64,000 nt of DNA from a virus. Taxonomy: Duplodnaviria; Caudoviricetes. Positions 32,828 to 41,756 of the stretch are shown here, piece by piece (the stretch's first letter is position 1; every line of letters begins with the position of its first letter). The notes under the pieces are model-generated. The model worked only from the letters and a program-made list of their open reading frames with translations. It was not told the DNA's origin and did not search any database. Where the stretch lies: IMG/VR virus record IMGVR_UViG_3300035670_012065, positions 1,687 through 65,686 of that record, one strand, 5' to 3'. The position numbers and the translations under genes were made by a program.

Positions 32828-33488
32828 AAAATATTTTTGCTGAATGTAAATCTTTTAAATTTTGTATTTTTGTAATATTTTTTTTATCTATATATATCTT
32901 TTCAAAGTATATATTTTTTTGTAATAAAAAGTTTATAGTTTCAAACAGGTACATTTGTTCAAATACCTTAGCGTCGTAATTTAGTAATAAGTCTATTGTC
33001 TTTTCATTTAAATAAACTATTTCTGACCATGGCTGGGGCATATCATAAAACAAATATTCTATATTTTCTGTTTCTGAACATCCTATATCAAAATTATTTT
33101 TAGTTTTATTTAACAAGAATATTTTTGATGATCCTGCTAAATAGGTTTTTGATATTATATTATTTTTTATAAGTATCCCATTATTTATAACTAGTAAAGA
33201 TTTAGGATTGTTTTGTTTTATATATGATATTAAATTGCTAGACTGATTTGTTTGCTCATAGTTGTTATTGACTAAAAAATTAATAGTTTTATACCTATTT
33301 AGAGTTTTTCGTATTTTATCAGCATCAAATCCTATGTTTATAGTAATTTTTGACGGTTTAATTTTTTGTAATTGTGATATTTGATACTCTATGACAGTTA
33401 GATTCTTACGCAAAGGTAGTAGGCATTTGGATCCTACTGATTTCATACCTTTTGTAATTTCTGGACTAATTAATAATATATCAATCAT
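32820..33488 (-). CDS. Sugar-phosphate nucleotidyltransferase-like protein (LicC/NTP_transf-like) with a degenerate active site
   Basis: GMKSVGSKCLL....TVIEYQI..L.....I.I.IGFDADKI...NNNYEQTNQSSNL. The canonical LAAG.G.R motif is replaced by LISPEITKG. Confidence 0.6.
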   Translation of the reverse strand: MIDILLISPEITKGMKSVGSKCLLPLRKNLTVIEYQISQLQKIKPSKITINIGFDADKIRKTLNRYKTINFLVNNNYEQTNQSSNLISYIKQNNPKSLLVINNGILIKNNIISKTYLAGSSKIFLLNKTKNNFDIGCSETENIEYLFYDMPQPWSEIVYLNEKTIDLLLNYDAKVFEQMYLFETINFLLQKNIYFEKIYIDKKNITKIQNLKDLHSAKIFYE

Positions 33489-34203
33489 ATGATATTACAA
33501 GAGTGTTTTCGTTATTTTCTATTTCGTAATTAATTGTGCGTGATAAATTCCAATAATTATTAGTATTAATAAAAACTCCATTAAATTGAGAATTTAGTTT
33601 TTTACAGTTATAATAATGCGCCGGTTTTTGCACAACGTTTATAAGGTAGTTAATATTTTGAATGCTATCCTCTTCTATCGCATGGTCTAGTCCTGTCTCG
33701 TCTAGTATCCACATTAAATTACCAATTTTATTTTTATTAGTTTCCAAGGCAATATGCAAAGCTTGGGGTGGGGATATATCTTCTAAAAATTTGTGTATTT
33801 TATATGGAATATAATCTTCTTTAGACTGTAAAATTTTATGTAAGCTTTCTGCTTTTTCATAACATATTATTGTTATATAATAGGGCAAAATAGATAATTG
33901 ATTTATTTTTTGACAAATTTGTTCGGGGTTGTAGTCTTTTACAATTAAAGATAAAGAATACTGAACAATATTATTTTTCTTTACATACTCTATCATATCC
34001 AAATCGCTAAGCTTATCTATATTTTCTTGATATTTTACTTTACTAAACCCATATCTACAACTATAATTATTAATCTTAATATAGTCGTTTTCAATCTCTA
34101 TCGAATGAAAATCTTTAATAATATTTGGTATATCAAAAACACAAGATTTATTTGATGAAGCTTTTTGTGAGAAATAGCATTTTTCACATAATGTATTTTT
34201 CAT
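33481..34203 (-). CDS. Hypothetical protein in the glycosylation cluster
   Basis: N-terminal CEKC...C...C; the rest may be GT-A-like (WILDE), not certain. Confidence 0.4.
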   Translation of the reverse strand: MKNTLCEKCYFSQKASSNKSCVFDIPNIIKDFHSIEIENDYIKINNYSCRYGFSKVKYQENIDKLSDLDMIEYVKKNNIVQYSLSLIVKDYNPEQICQKINQLSILPYYITIICYEKAESLHKILQSKEDYIPYKIHKFLEDISPPQALHIALETNKNKIGNLMWILDETGLDHAIEEDSIQNINYLINVVQKPAHYYNCKKLNSQFNGVFINTNNYWNLSRTINYEIENNENTLVISYD

Positions 34204-34607
34204 ATATGTTTTCTTTCAATAACAAGTTTGATTGTATTGTTGTTGATATCTAGATCTATAATATCAAAAAATTCAAAATCAATCATAGTATAAAGAGACT
34301 CTAAAGACACTAAGCTTTGTTTGTTAGCAAAAAACTTTAAAAAAGATTCATGAGAAATAGAAGAATTTACAAACTGCTGAGCAATACACATAGCATTATT
34401 TGCAGCTAATATTAATCTACCACCTGGTCGTAATTTTTCTAACAAAGACTTAACCAAAATTATGTGGTCTTTTTCTTTTAAATATTCCAAAACATATAAA
34501 GATATTGAATCACAAGAATAGTTTACTATTGAAGATAAATTATTGACATGAACATGATCCTCATCGTCTATTGAGTTGTCTATTGTAACAACAATATTAC
34601 GCTTCAT
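34200..34607 (-). CDS. Truncated SAM-methyltransferase-like protein
   Basis: SCDSISLYVLEYL...LLEKLRPGGRLIL matches the C-terminal half of class I MTases. No Gly-rich motif I. Confidence 0.5.
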   Translation of the reverse strand: MKRNIVVTIDNSIDDEDHVHVNNLSSIVNYSCDSISLYVLEYLKEKDHIILVKSLLEKLRPGGRLILAANNAMCIAQQFVNSSISHESFLKFFANKQSLVSLESLYTMIDFEFFDIIDLDINNNTIKLVIERKHI

Positions 34608-35436
34608 GCTTATAAGCCTTTGCTGAAAAATTAGATAAAATTAATTTCATAGAATCTATAAAAGTTTCGAGTTTATAATTATTGTTTAGATAGTCTATAG
34701 TAGAATATAAGTTGTTATCTCTGTTGTCCAAAATAGTGGTTATGTTGGGTATGATACTATCATAATCATTAATAGACAATACGCTAGATAAACTATTATT
34801 AGTATTAATATTAGTTATAACTTTACATTCGGCAGAACAACAACATAGTACATCATAAAAGTTTTCTAAACATATTGCTATTTTATAGTTTCCAATAAGT
34901 TCCAAAACATTATCATAATCATCAAACACAGTTAGCATATCACAATTATTAATAGTATTTTTAATGTGCTGATATATATTTTTAATATTGGGATTATTGC
35001 TGCTATTTAATACTATAACATCTTGGGTTTTTGTAGTTTTTTTGTGTTCTACTCCATAAGATATGGTGTGACAATTATCGTCCGTTAATCCCCAAGAATT
35101 CCTAATATTGCTATCAAAAAAAACCTTGATAGTATTACTTAATTTTTGAGATAAAATATACTTGTCTTCTTTTTTTAATGCTTTAGGAGATTCGTTGTGG
35201 AAAAATAACAATGCAGGAACATGGTACTGCAAGTGTAGGTTATTAATTTTTTGAGAAAAGTCTATAGGATTATCATTTAACATACCAATAAATGGAGATG
35301 ATGCTAATTTGGTAATATTATATGTATCAATTTTAGTAAGTAGAAGATTGAACAGATTATTTGAACACAAATTTAAAAATGTATTATTATTTAGAACATT
35401 GTTAATAATATTGGAAACCGCTATTTGACTAAACAT
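34597..35436 (-). CDS. Degenerate glycosyltransferase-like protein
   Basis: FFHN...SWG....TISYGV...YKIAICL...LCCCSAECKVIT is arranged like a GT-B fold without intact catalytic residues. Confidence 0.35.
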   Translation of the reverse strand: MFSQIAVSNIINNVLNNNTFLNLCSNNLFNLLLTKIDTYNITKLASSPFIGMLNDNPIDFSQKINNLHLQYHVPALLFFHNESPKALKKEDKYILSQKLSNTIKVFFDSNIRNSWGLTDDNCHTISYGVEHKKTTKTQDVIVLNSSNNPNIKNIYQHIKNTINNCDMLTVFDDYDNVLELIGNYKIAICLENFYDVLCCCSAECKVITNINTNNSLSSVLSINDYDSIIPNITTILDNRDNNLYSTIDYLNNNYKLETFIDSMKLILSNFSAKAYKHEA

Positions 35437-36394
35437 ATTTTTCTACCACTTGTGATAAGCTAATATTGTGTAAAGAGTTTTGATTATTAGATGATCCCAA
35501 GTTAAACCCTCCAGATCTTACTAAAGAAAGAGTGTTTGATAAATTTTGTGGATCATATTGAGTTTTTAATGACGATGAATTATATATTATAGATTTTTTA
35601 TATTTATGGGCATAATTTGCATGAATATCTTCATTTAAATCGATATAAACTGAGCCAGTATTATGTATAGCTGGTATAATTTCATTATTAATTTCTACAG
35701 GTGAGATGATGATCTTATTGATACTAAAATTAATATCAAAAAATGAATATGTTTTTTTAATGAATTTATTGTATGAATCTAATATTGATTGGGTAACATT
35801 CGTCATAAATAAAACCAAACAATTTTGTTCAAGATGATGGATTGAGATAAAGTCTACAATTAATTGTTCTAATTTAGTTCTATCAGAACTATCAACTATA
35901 GTATAGTATTTTTTATAATTGTTATATAATCCAAAATTAAAGACTCCTGCGGAAGTAACGGCTAATTTATTGCTAATGAAATTTGTTATGCGAATTTTAT
36001 TTTTAACAGAACAGTCTGACAATATGTATTCTTGAAAATCATTGGTATATAAGAAAGAAACCTTTTGATCTAGGAATTGATACTTTTGTTTTTGATATAA
36101 TTTACAAAGCCTATTACTAGTTATGGGAATAAACAAGTGGCGAAGATATTTAGTATTATATGTTAAGCTATCAATATCAGAGTGTTGAATGATAATATCT
36201 ATTTTAGATAAAGATTTATTTTCTATTGTATTTAAAAGAGAAGACGTCTGGTCATCCTTAATAGAGTTTATTTGATTATATAATGGGCGTGAAATAATAT
36301 TTTTATAATTCTCAATTAACTCTAGTAGGAAGTTTAATGATTCATACCCTATGGAATTGTTTAGTCTATATGGACCAACATATAAAATATTCAT
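35429..36394 (-). CDS. GT4-like glycosyltransferase, degenerate
   Basis: MNILYVGPYR....GY N-terminus; YKKYYTI...K..QLI..F; IHNTGSVYI. No EG(F/W)G.P..EA motif. Confidence 0.45.
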   Translation of the reverse strand: MNILYVGPYRLNNSIGYESLNFLLELIENYKNIISRPLYNQINSIKDDQTSSLLNTIENKSLSKIDIIIQHSDIDSLTYNTKYLRHLFIPITSNRLCKLYQKQKYQFLDQKVSFLYTNDFQEYILSDCSVKNKIRITNFISNKLAVTSAGVFNFGLYNNYKKYYTIVDSSDRTKLEQLIVDFISIHHLEQNCLVLFMTNVTQSILDSYNKFIKKTYSFFDINFSINKIIISPVEINNEIIPAIHNTGSVYIDLNEDIHANYAHKYKKSIIYNSSSLKTQYDPQNLSNTLSLVRSGGFNLGSSNNQNSLHNISLSQVVEKYV

Positions 36395-38043
36395 GTTCTA
36401 TTCTTTAGATGGGCGTACTGAATAAAATCTTCTTCAAAAGTTTTGTTAGATTTTCTTGCTATTTCCGAATTGTTATTATTTTCTACCACAGTATTAACAT
36501 AATCATACATATTATCTATAGAGGAACCAGTAATATTGGTTGGCCCAGCATATGCGAAGCCATAATCGGCATTTTGTAAAAGTTGTAAAAATCTATTGGA
36601 GCTTAAAAGATCAGCATTTTTTAATGCATTATTACATAACGAAATAGTTTCTAATAAGTTACTTCTATTTTCAGAATTTTTTGGTTTAGATATTGAAGAC
36701 AATATTGGTAATGGCTTAGTCCAATCGGATCTAAAATCTAAGTTATCAAAATAATTTTCCCATTTTTTAGCTATAATGTCCCAATCATAATATTTTGTTG
36801 TTAATTCTCTTGTTCTATATCTTTCTTGGTTTCGTATCGATAATGGTTTGTGTATTTGGTCGATAATAATCCTCACAAGATCATCATTGTCCGGATAAAC
36901 CCTAACGGCTTTTGTTTCTAATTCTTTATAGTAAGTTTTTACTTTTATCGGATAAGCCTGTAGTTTATTTATTATATCTACCATAGCACTATAGTTTACT
37001 GTTGCTATAGGTACTCCACAAGCACCTGCTTCCACTTGAGGCATACCAAAACCTTCGCAAATAGCATATTGTACATATATATCAAATAGATTATAAATAT
37101 CGCTTAACTGCTCCTCAGATACTCCTTGCGAAACAGAGGGAAAGGCTGATGATTTATTTAAGCATTTCGAACAAACCCTTTGAGGTCCGCAAAAGGTTGA
37201 ACATTCTATATGGCCACAATTTTTGCATAAGTAAGAGAATAGGACCCTATTGGACACGCCAGATCTGCTTAATAATTCTGGAATATCCCACCCCATGTCC
37301 GGATATGTTGTATGGAGATACAAATATATCGGTTGTGAATAACCCTGGTTTGATAGTTTGTTCGATAGGTCTTTAAAAGATACTAATAATTCTGGTATTA
37401 GTTTACGTTTTTGATTTCTCATCACCGAACCAATAACAAAAGCATCTTGCTCTATATTATATTTTGAACGTAAAGCATTTTTATCTTTGATATAAAAGAT
37501 ATCTAAATTAACGCCTGGGGATGTAGTTTCTATATATTTTACATTATTGTTTGTTTGTTTTTTAAGTACTTGCGCCCCCCAATCACTATAGGTAAAAATA
37601 GCATCTGCTGATAAAAATGTGTCTACCCATTCTTCTTGCTGGGGTGCAGAATCTACAGTTGGCATTAATATATGATGAAAATATTTTCTTAATGGAGATA
37701 TTGGTTGGTAATTAGTCATCCAATAATCACGAACATCAACAACAATATCGCATTTAAAATCCAGAAGAACTTTTTCAAATCTCCATCTACCGAATTGATT
37801 ATCGGTTCGTGACATATATTCTTTATATCTAGGATCGTTCTCCCTAACAGCATTTGCATAATATTTCCATTCTATGTTTTTATCTCTAGGGTCATTCACA
37901 AAACCATAAGATGCAAACTCTGCTATCTCATATTTTCCTGTTTTGTGTAATCTAGAAAGAAACTCATAGGCATATTTGCCAAATCCAGAATTAATAAAAC
38001 TGGCTTCCGAGCACATTAAGATTTTAAGTTTGGATTTTGGCAT
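36391..38043 (-). CDS. GT4-family glycosyltransferase with an inserted Zn-ribbon
   Basis: KILMCSEASFINSGFGKY; IGSVMRNQKRK.IPEL; YNLFDIYVQYAICEGFGMPQVEAGACGVP; YDWDIIAKKW; inserted CKNC...CSKC. Confidence 0.85.
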   Translation of the reverse strand: MPKSKLKILMCSEASFINSGFGKYAYEFLSRLHKTGKYEIAEFASYGFVNDPRDKNIEWKYYANAVRENDPRYKEYMSRTDNQFGRWRFEKVLLDFKCDIVVDVRDYWMTNYQPISPLRKYFHHILMPTVDSAPQQEEWVDTFLSADAIFTYSDWGAQVLKKQTNNNVKYIETTSPGVNLDIFYIKDKNALRSKYNIEQDAFVIGSVMRNQKRKLIPELLVSFKDLSNKLSNQGYSQPIYLYLHTTYPDMGWDIPELLSRSGVSNRVLFSYLCKNCGHIECSTFCGPQRVCSKCLNKSSAFPSVSQGVSEEQLSDIYNLFDIYVQYAICEGFGMPQVEAGACGVPIATVNYSAMVDIINKLQAYPIKVKTYYKELETKAVRVYPDNDDLVRIIIDQIHKPLSIRNQERYRTRELTTKYYDWDIIAKKWENYFDNLDFRSDWTKPLPILSSISKPKNSENRSNLLETISLCNNALKNADLLSSNRFLQLLQNADYGFAYAGPTNITGSSIDNMYDYVNTVVENNNNSEIARKSNKTFEEDFIQYAHLKNRT

Positions 38044-38056
38044 ATATAAAATGGAA

Positions 38057-38091
38057 TAGAATAAGGGGGATATTTCACCCCCATTATTCTA
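38057..38091 (-). terminator. Stem-loop after ssb, probable intrinsic terminator
   Basis: On the minus strand TAGAATAA-T-GGGGG-TGAAATAT-CCCCC-TTATTCTA (13 bp, one bulge) is followed by TTCCATTTT, between the ssb stop and the GT4 start. Confidence 0.65.
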
Positions 38092-38107
38092 ATTTCTCCG
38101 ATTCGTA

Positions 38108-38476
38108 TCAGAAAGCTACTGACTCTGGCTCTTCCGACTTTGCCCTACTGAGCTTGGTAATCTTAGAAAAGTTATTAACTCTAACCTTTAGACTACTATG
38201 CTTAACGCCATCCTTTTCCCAACTATCGTTTCGTAATGATCCTTCTACCATTACCAAATCACCCTTTTTTAGGCTTTCAGCAATAGTTTCTGCTCCACTA
38301 TCCCAGGCTTCGCAATTAATGAAAGATGTAATCTTATCTCTTTCTCCATTAGCCTTAACATAATCCCTATTGACAGCGATAGTAAAATTTACTACACTTG
38401 TTTGCTTTCCGTTAGGATTAACTACTCTTAGTTCTGGGTCTCTAGCAAGATTACCTTTCAATAACGTAATATTCAT
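38108..38476 (-). CDS. ssb: Single-stranded DNA-binding protein
   Basis: MNITLLKGNLARDPELR...FTIAVNR...FINCEAW...LKKGDLVMVEGSL...W, with an acidic tail ending VAF. AGGAG 10 nt upstream of the ATG at 38476 (the track starts at 38485). Confidence 0.95.
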   Translation of the reverse strand: MNITLLKGNLARDPELRVVNPNGKQTSVVNFTIAVNRDYVKANGERDKITSFINCEAWDSGAETIAESLKKGDLVMVEGSLRNDSWEKDGVKHSSLKVRVNNFSKITKLSRAKSEEPESVAF

Positions 38477-38517
38477 ATAAATCAATCTCCTAAAAAGTTA
38501 AAAGGTCACAACAGTAT

Positions 38518-38545
38518 ATTATAAATGATCCTGGTCGTTTGTCAA
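38518..38545 (-). promoter_or_regulatory. Consensus sigma70-type promoter for ssb
   Basis: TTGACA (38545-38540), 16-nt spacer, TATAAT (38523-38518). The -35 box overlaps the TGA stop of dnaE-C. Confidence 0.8.
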
Positions 38546-40155
38546 GATCTCGGAACAAAGCATTTTTCTACGACAAAAGAGTCTTTTTTGGGGCTTTTAT
38601 TGCCAACAAATATTAAAACATTTCCTTCAAAAAGATAATTTCTATATATAGATAGTTGTTCAGGAAATACTATTACACTGTCTAGGCTAGAGAATTGATC
38701 TTCTATTGTTAAAAAGGCCATATCAGATCCTGCATATTTACCCTTTTTTGTTTTCACAAAATTAATATAGCTTATTTCGCCAGCTAAAATAATATTTTTA
38801 GTAGAATTAGTATTCTTGAAGGTTTTGCAATCACAATTTGTCATGCTAATATCGTAGGAATCTATTTTGAAACAAGTTATTGAGGCTCCTAATAATGAAT
38901 TTTCCGTATCAGATAGCCATTCTATTTTGTCTGTTAGGGAGTATGGTGGATTATTATAAAGATTTATTAAATTTTGAATTGAATTTTTACGTTTTATATT
39001 AATCTTATTTTTTGTCAATAGGTTTTCCAAACATTCTTTTAATGAATAAGAATCAAGCTCTATTAGCTCCAATTCTCTTGATGTTAACTCCGAAACTATA
39101 TCATAATCAAACAACATTTTTGTTCTTGATATATTATAATAGTCTAATGCCCCGGAACTAATAAGAGCTTTGGCTGCTGTGGAATTAATTTTGGTCAAGA
39201 GTTTTACCAATGATGTATTCCAAGAAATATTATTAATGTCAAGATCTTCACAAAGTTTTACTATTTTATCGTAAACAGAAAAACCAACACCTTTTATATC
39301 TGTCAAGCCGAAATATATCTTATTATCGGCAATTATAAAATGTTTATTTAGCTTTCTTAGATCCGGGACACAAACAACAACATCCATTTCTGTTGCATTT
39401 CTTATCAATTCTTTTATTTCTTTTTGTGGATCCATTTTATCTTTAGCAAATTTTAAATACGATGCAAAGAATGGTTTTGCAAAATGAGCTTTGGCGTATG
39501 CTGATGAGTATGCGTTCATAGCATATGAAACAGCATGAGACGCATTGAATGAATATCTTTGTGATTTTTCAACCCAACCAAAAATTTCTTCAGACTCTTC
39601 ATCATTAACAATATTTATTTTTTTTGTGCCTTCTTTAAATTTTATTTTAACCTTTGCCATTTCTTCTGGTTTCTTTTTACCTATGGCTTTTCTTAACATA
39701 TCAGCCTCTTGTAAATCAAAACCAGCTATTATTTGTGCTATCTGCATAGCTTGTTCCTGATAAATCATTTCTCCATAGGTAGATTTTAGTATTGGCTTAA
39801 GAGCCGGATGAAAATAATCGATACTTTCTTGACCATTTTTTTTATCAATATAATGATCACTAACGCTTTTGCCGTCTCTAATAGCCTCCAAAGATCCTGG
39901 TCTCATTATGCTAATCAAAGCTGATAATTGTTCTATGTTTTGTGGCTTTAATTTCTTTGCCATGCTAGAACCTAGTCTTGATTCAAGCTGAAATACCCCC
40001 TTTGTATTTCCCTCGCTGATTAAATCCCATGTTTTTGAACAATTAAGATTTAGGTCATCGAGCTTTCCACTAAAATAGATTTTTGGATGTTTTTTATCGT
40101 CGCAATCGATAATTGGAAATTTACATCCACATTCAAAAGAGTAATATTGGTTCAT
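38542..40155 (-). CDS. dnaE: DNA polymerase III alpha, C-terminal part (fingers, HhH, OB)
   Basis: TWDLISEGNTKGVFQLES, ALISIMRPG, TYGEMIYQEQAMQIA...AGF...ADMLRKAIGKKK, YSFNASHAVSYA, FGLTDIKGVG, MAFLTIED...DSVIVFP. Confidence 0.93.
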   Translation of the reverse strand: MNQYYSFECGCKFPIIDCDDKKHPKIYFSGKLDDLNLNCSKTWDLISEGNTKGVFQLESRLGSSMAKKLKPQNIEQLSALISIMRPGSLEAIRDGKSVSDHYIDKKNGQESIDYFHPALKPILKSTYGEMIYQEQAMQIAQIIAGFDLQEADMLRKAIGKKKPEEMAKVKIKFKEGTKKINIVNDEESEEIFGWVEKSQRYSFNASHAVSYAMNAYSSAYAKAHFAKPFFASYLKFAKDKMDPQKEIKELIRNATEMDVVVCVPDLRKLNKHFIIADNKIYFGLTDIKGVGFSVYDKIVKLCEDLDINNISWNTSLVKLLTKINSTAAKALISSGALDYYNISRTKMLFDYDIVSELTSRELELIELDSYSLKECLENLLTKNKINIKRKNSIQNLINLYNNPPYSLTDKIEWLSDTENSLLGASITCFKIDSYDISMTNCDCKTFKNTNSTKNIILAGEISYINFVKTKKGKYAGSDMAFLTIEDQFSSLDSVIVFPEQLSIYRNYLFEGNVLIFVGNKSPKKDSFVVEKCFVPRS

Positions 40156-40847
40156 GTTTTACTAAAAGCGTTTTTAAATTTTACCTTGTTAGAGAGATTC
40201 CTATGTAATTTCATAAATCTAATTAATATATCTGCTGTTGCTTTGACGTCGTTTAATGCGTCGTGAGAGCCTTTATTTCCTAAGCCTAAATACTCTCTAA
40301 CATTATCCAACGTATAGTTCTTAAGTTCGCTATTTCCTTCAAACCAATAGAAAATAATATTCATAAGGTCGATAACGTCTCGTGGATAAAAAAGAGATGT
40401 TCTTCCTTCCTTATTGAGATTGTTGTACTTTACACTAAGTCTTTCTATAATACGTAAATCAAACCTATTTATATTATATCCAGCAGCAATAGGCGCTGTG
40501 AAACATGACTTTTTATCAGATCTTATGTGATATTGCTCTAGATAAGAGACAAACATCTTCCATCCACTATCTTGTTGTTGGTAATTTTTCCAATCTTCTA
40601 AAATTTTTGTTTTTTCACAACCCCTAACCTTAGCGTGAAAATCTAAAACATCGGTATCATCATATATGTATTCGGAATTTTCTTCTAACGCATATGGTTT
40701 TAGATTTATATTAAATTCTGAGTCTTTAATAATTTCTAGTTTATACGGATCTATCATTAATGCAGCGATTTGAACTGGACTACAAGAATCGGGATTTACC
40801 CCGTCTGTTTCCAAATCAAAAACACAAATTTTTTGTAAATTAGCCAT
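40152..40847 (-). CDS. DnaQ-like DEDDh 3'-5' exonuclease
   Basis: VFDLETDG, AGYNINRFDLRII, HDALNDVKAT. Confidence 0.9.
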   Translation of the reverse strand: MANLQKICVFDLETDGVNPDSCSPVQIAALMIDPYKLEIIKDSEFNINLKPYALEENSEYIYDDTDVLDFHAKVRGCEKTKILEDWKNYQQQDSGWKMFVSYLEQYHIRSDKKSCFTAPIAAGYNINRFDLRIIERLSVKYNNLNKEGRTSLFYPRDVIDLMNIIFYWFEGNSELKNYTLDNVREYLGLGNKGSHDALNDVKATADILIRFMKLHRNLSNKVKFKNAFSKT

Positions 40848-41022
40848 TTGTCTCCACTACTGTGTTTCCTGGGAAAAAAGTCCTTTGTTTAGTGTCGTTA
40901 GAAACATGACAATTTACGCTTCTACAACAGCTTACTCTAGTTTCTTGTATTTTAGTATACTCGATATTATTTACTTTAAAATTTTCACCAACTGCTACTT
41001 GATCTAAAGTTTTTGTTAGCAT
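40840..41022 (-). CDS. Small hypothetical protein (60 aa)
   Basis: Overlaps both neighbours, GGAGG upstream, SCCRSVNC motif. Confidence 0.6.
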   Translation of the reverse strand: MLTKTLDQVAVGENFKVNNIEYTKIQETRVSCCRSVNCHVSNDTKQRTFFPGNTVVETNG

Positions 41023-41717
41023 TATAGGCCTCCATCTAATAGATTTTTATATAACGTTATTTTTTTACACCAATTTAAAAAGTCTTTTTCTGGCATATTT
41101 CTTTTCATAAAATTCAAATCCTTATGAATCCATTGTATATTATTCTTCTCATAACCTAGATCAGAATCTATCCTATCCAAAGAAGCATTACTATATTTTC
41201 TCGTTTTTACAGTATACGGGAAATGTAAGATTTCACCACTTAAAGCACAGCGCCTATTTTGTTTCAAAAAAACATCCCAAGCTTCTTCTATGGTTATATT
41301 TACCTTTATCTCTCTATCTTTAGCTCCACGCAAAATCCTACTCCAATACTCAGCTCTAATTTCTTCGTATCCGCAATATGATTTGTGTTCTTTTCCTCTT
41401 TTTCTAGATTTACATCCACAACTTTTGGTATTCCCATTATAGAGAGAATTTCCTAGAACTTCTATTGTTTTGCCGCAATCACAAGCGCATAAAAATAGCG
41501 CATGACTATGTCTGTCTTTTCCTGCATATTTGATTGGTTTAAGCGAGCCAAATTTTTTTCCGATAAAAGAATTAGAGATATCTTTTCGTATATTGTATTT
41601 TTTAAGCTTCAAACTAATCCATGCCTCAGAACATCTGTAAATTTTAGCTATTTCTCTTTGTTTTTTATTTTCTTTGTATATCATTCTTTCCAAATCTTTT
41701 TTCGTAATTTTTTGCAT
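41022..41717 (-). CDS. Free-standing HNH-type homing endonuclease
   Basis: IGKKFGSL...LCACDCGK...L..GNTKSCGC plus RCALSG...SLDRIDSDLGYEKNNIQWIH..LN.MK, typical of phage homing endonucleases. Confidence 0.8.
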   Translation of the reverse strand: MQKITKKDLERMIYKENKKQREIAKIYRCSEAWISLKLKKYNIRKDISNSFIGKKFGSLKPIKYAGKDRHSHALFLCACDCGKTIEVLGNSLYNGNTKSCGCKSRKRGKEHKSYCGYEEIRAEYWSRILRGAKDREIKVNITIEEAWDVFLKQNRRCALSGEILHFPYTVKTRKYSNASLDRIDSDLGYEKNNIQWIHKDLNFMKRNMPEKDFLNWCKKITLYKNLLDGGL

Positions 41718-41739
41718 AATCCTACCTACTAAAAATTGA

Positions 41740-41756
41740 TATAATCCTATACACCA
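41740..41756 (-). promoter_or_regulatory. Candidate motif TGGTGTAT-N7-TA (copy 2)
   Basis: TGGTGTAT AGGATTA TA spans the dnaE-N stop, 22 nt before the HNH ATG. Confidence 0.45.

Noticed and set aside
40155-41747. Group I intron or split intein joining the dnaE halves
   Set aside because: The interval is fully occupied by three coupled ORFs with no room for a ribozyme core, and there are no intein terminal motifs.
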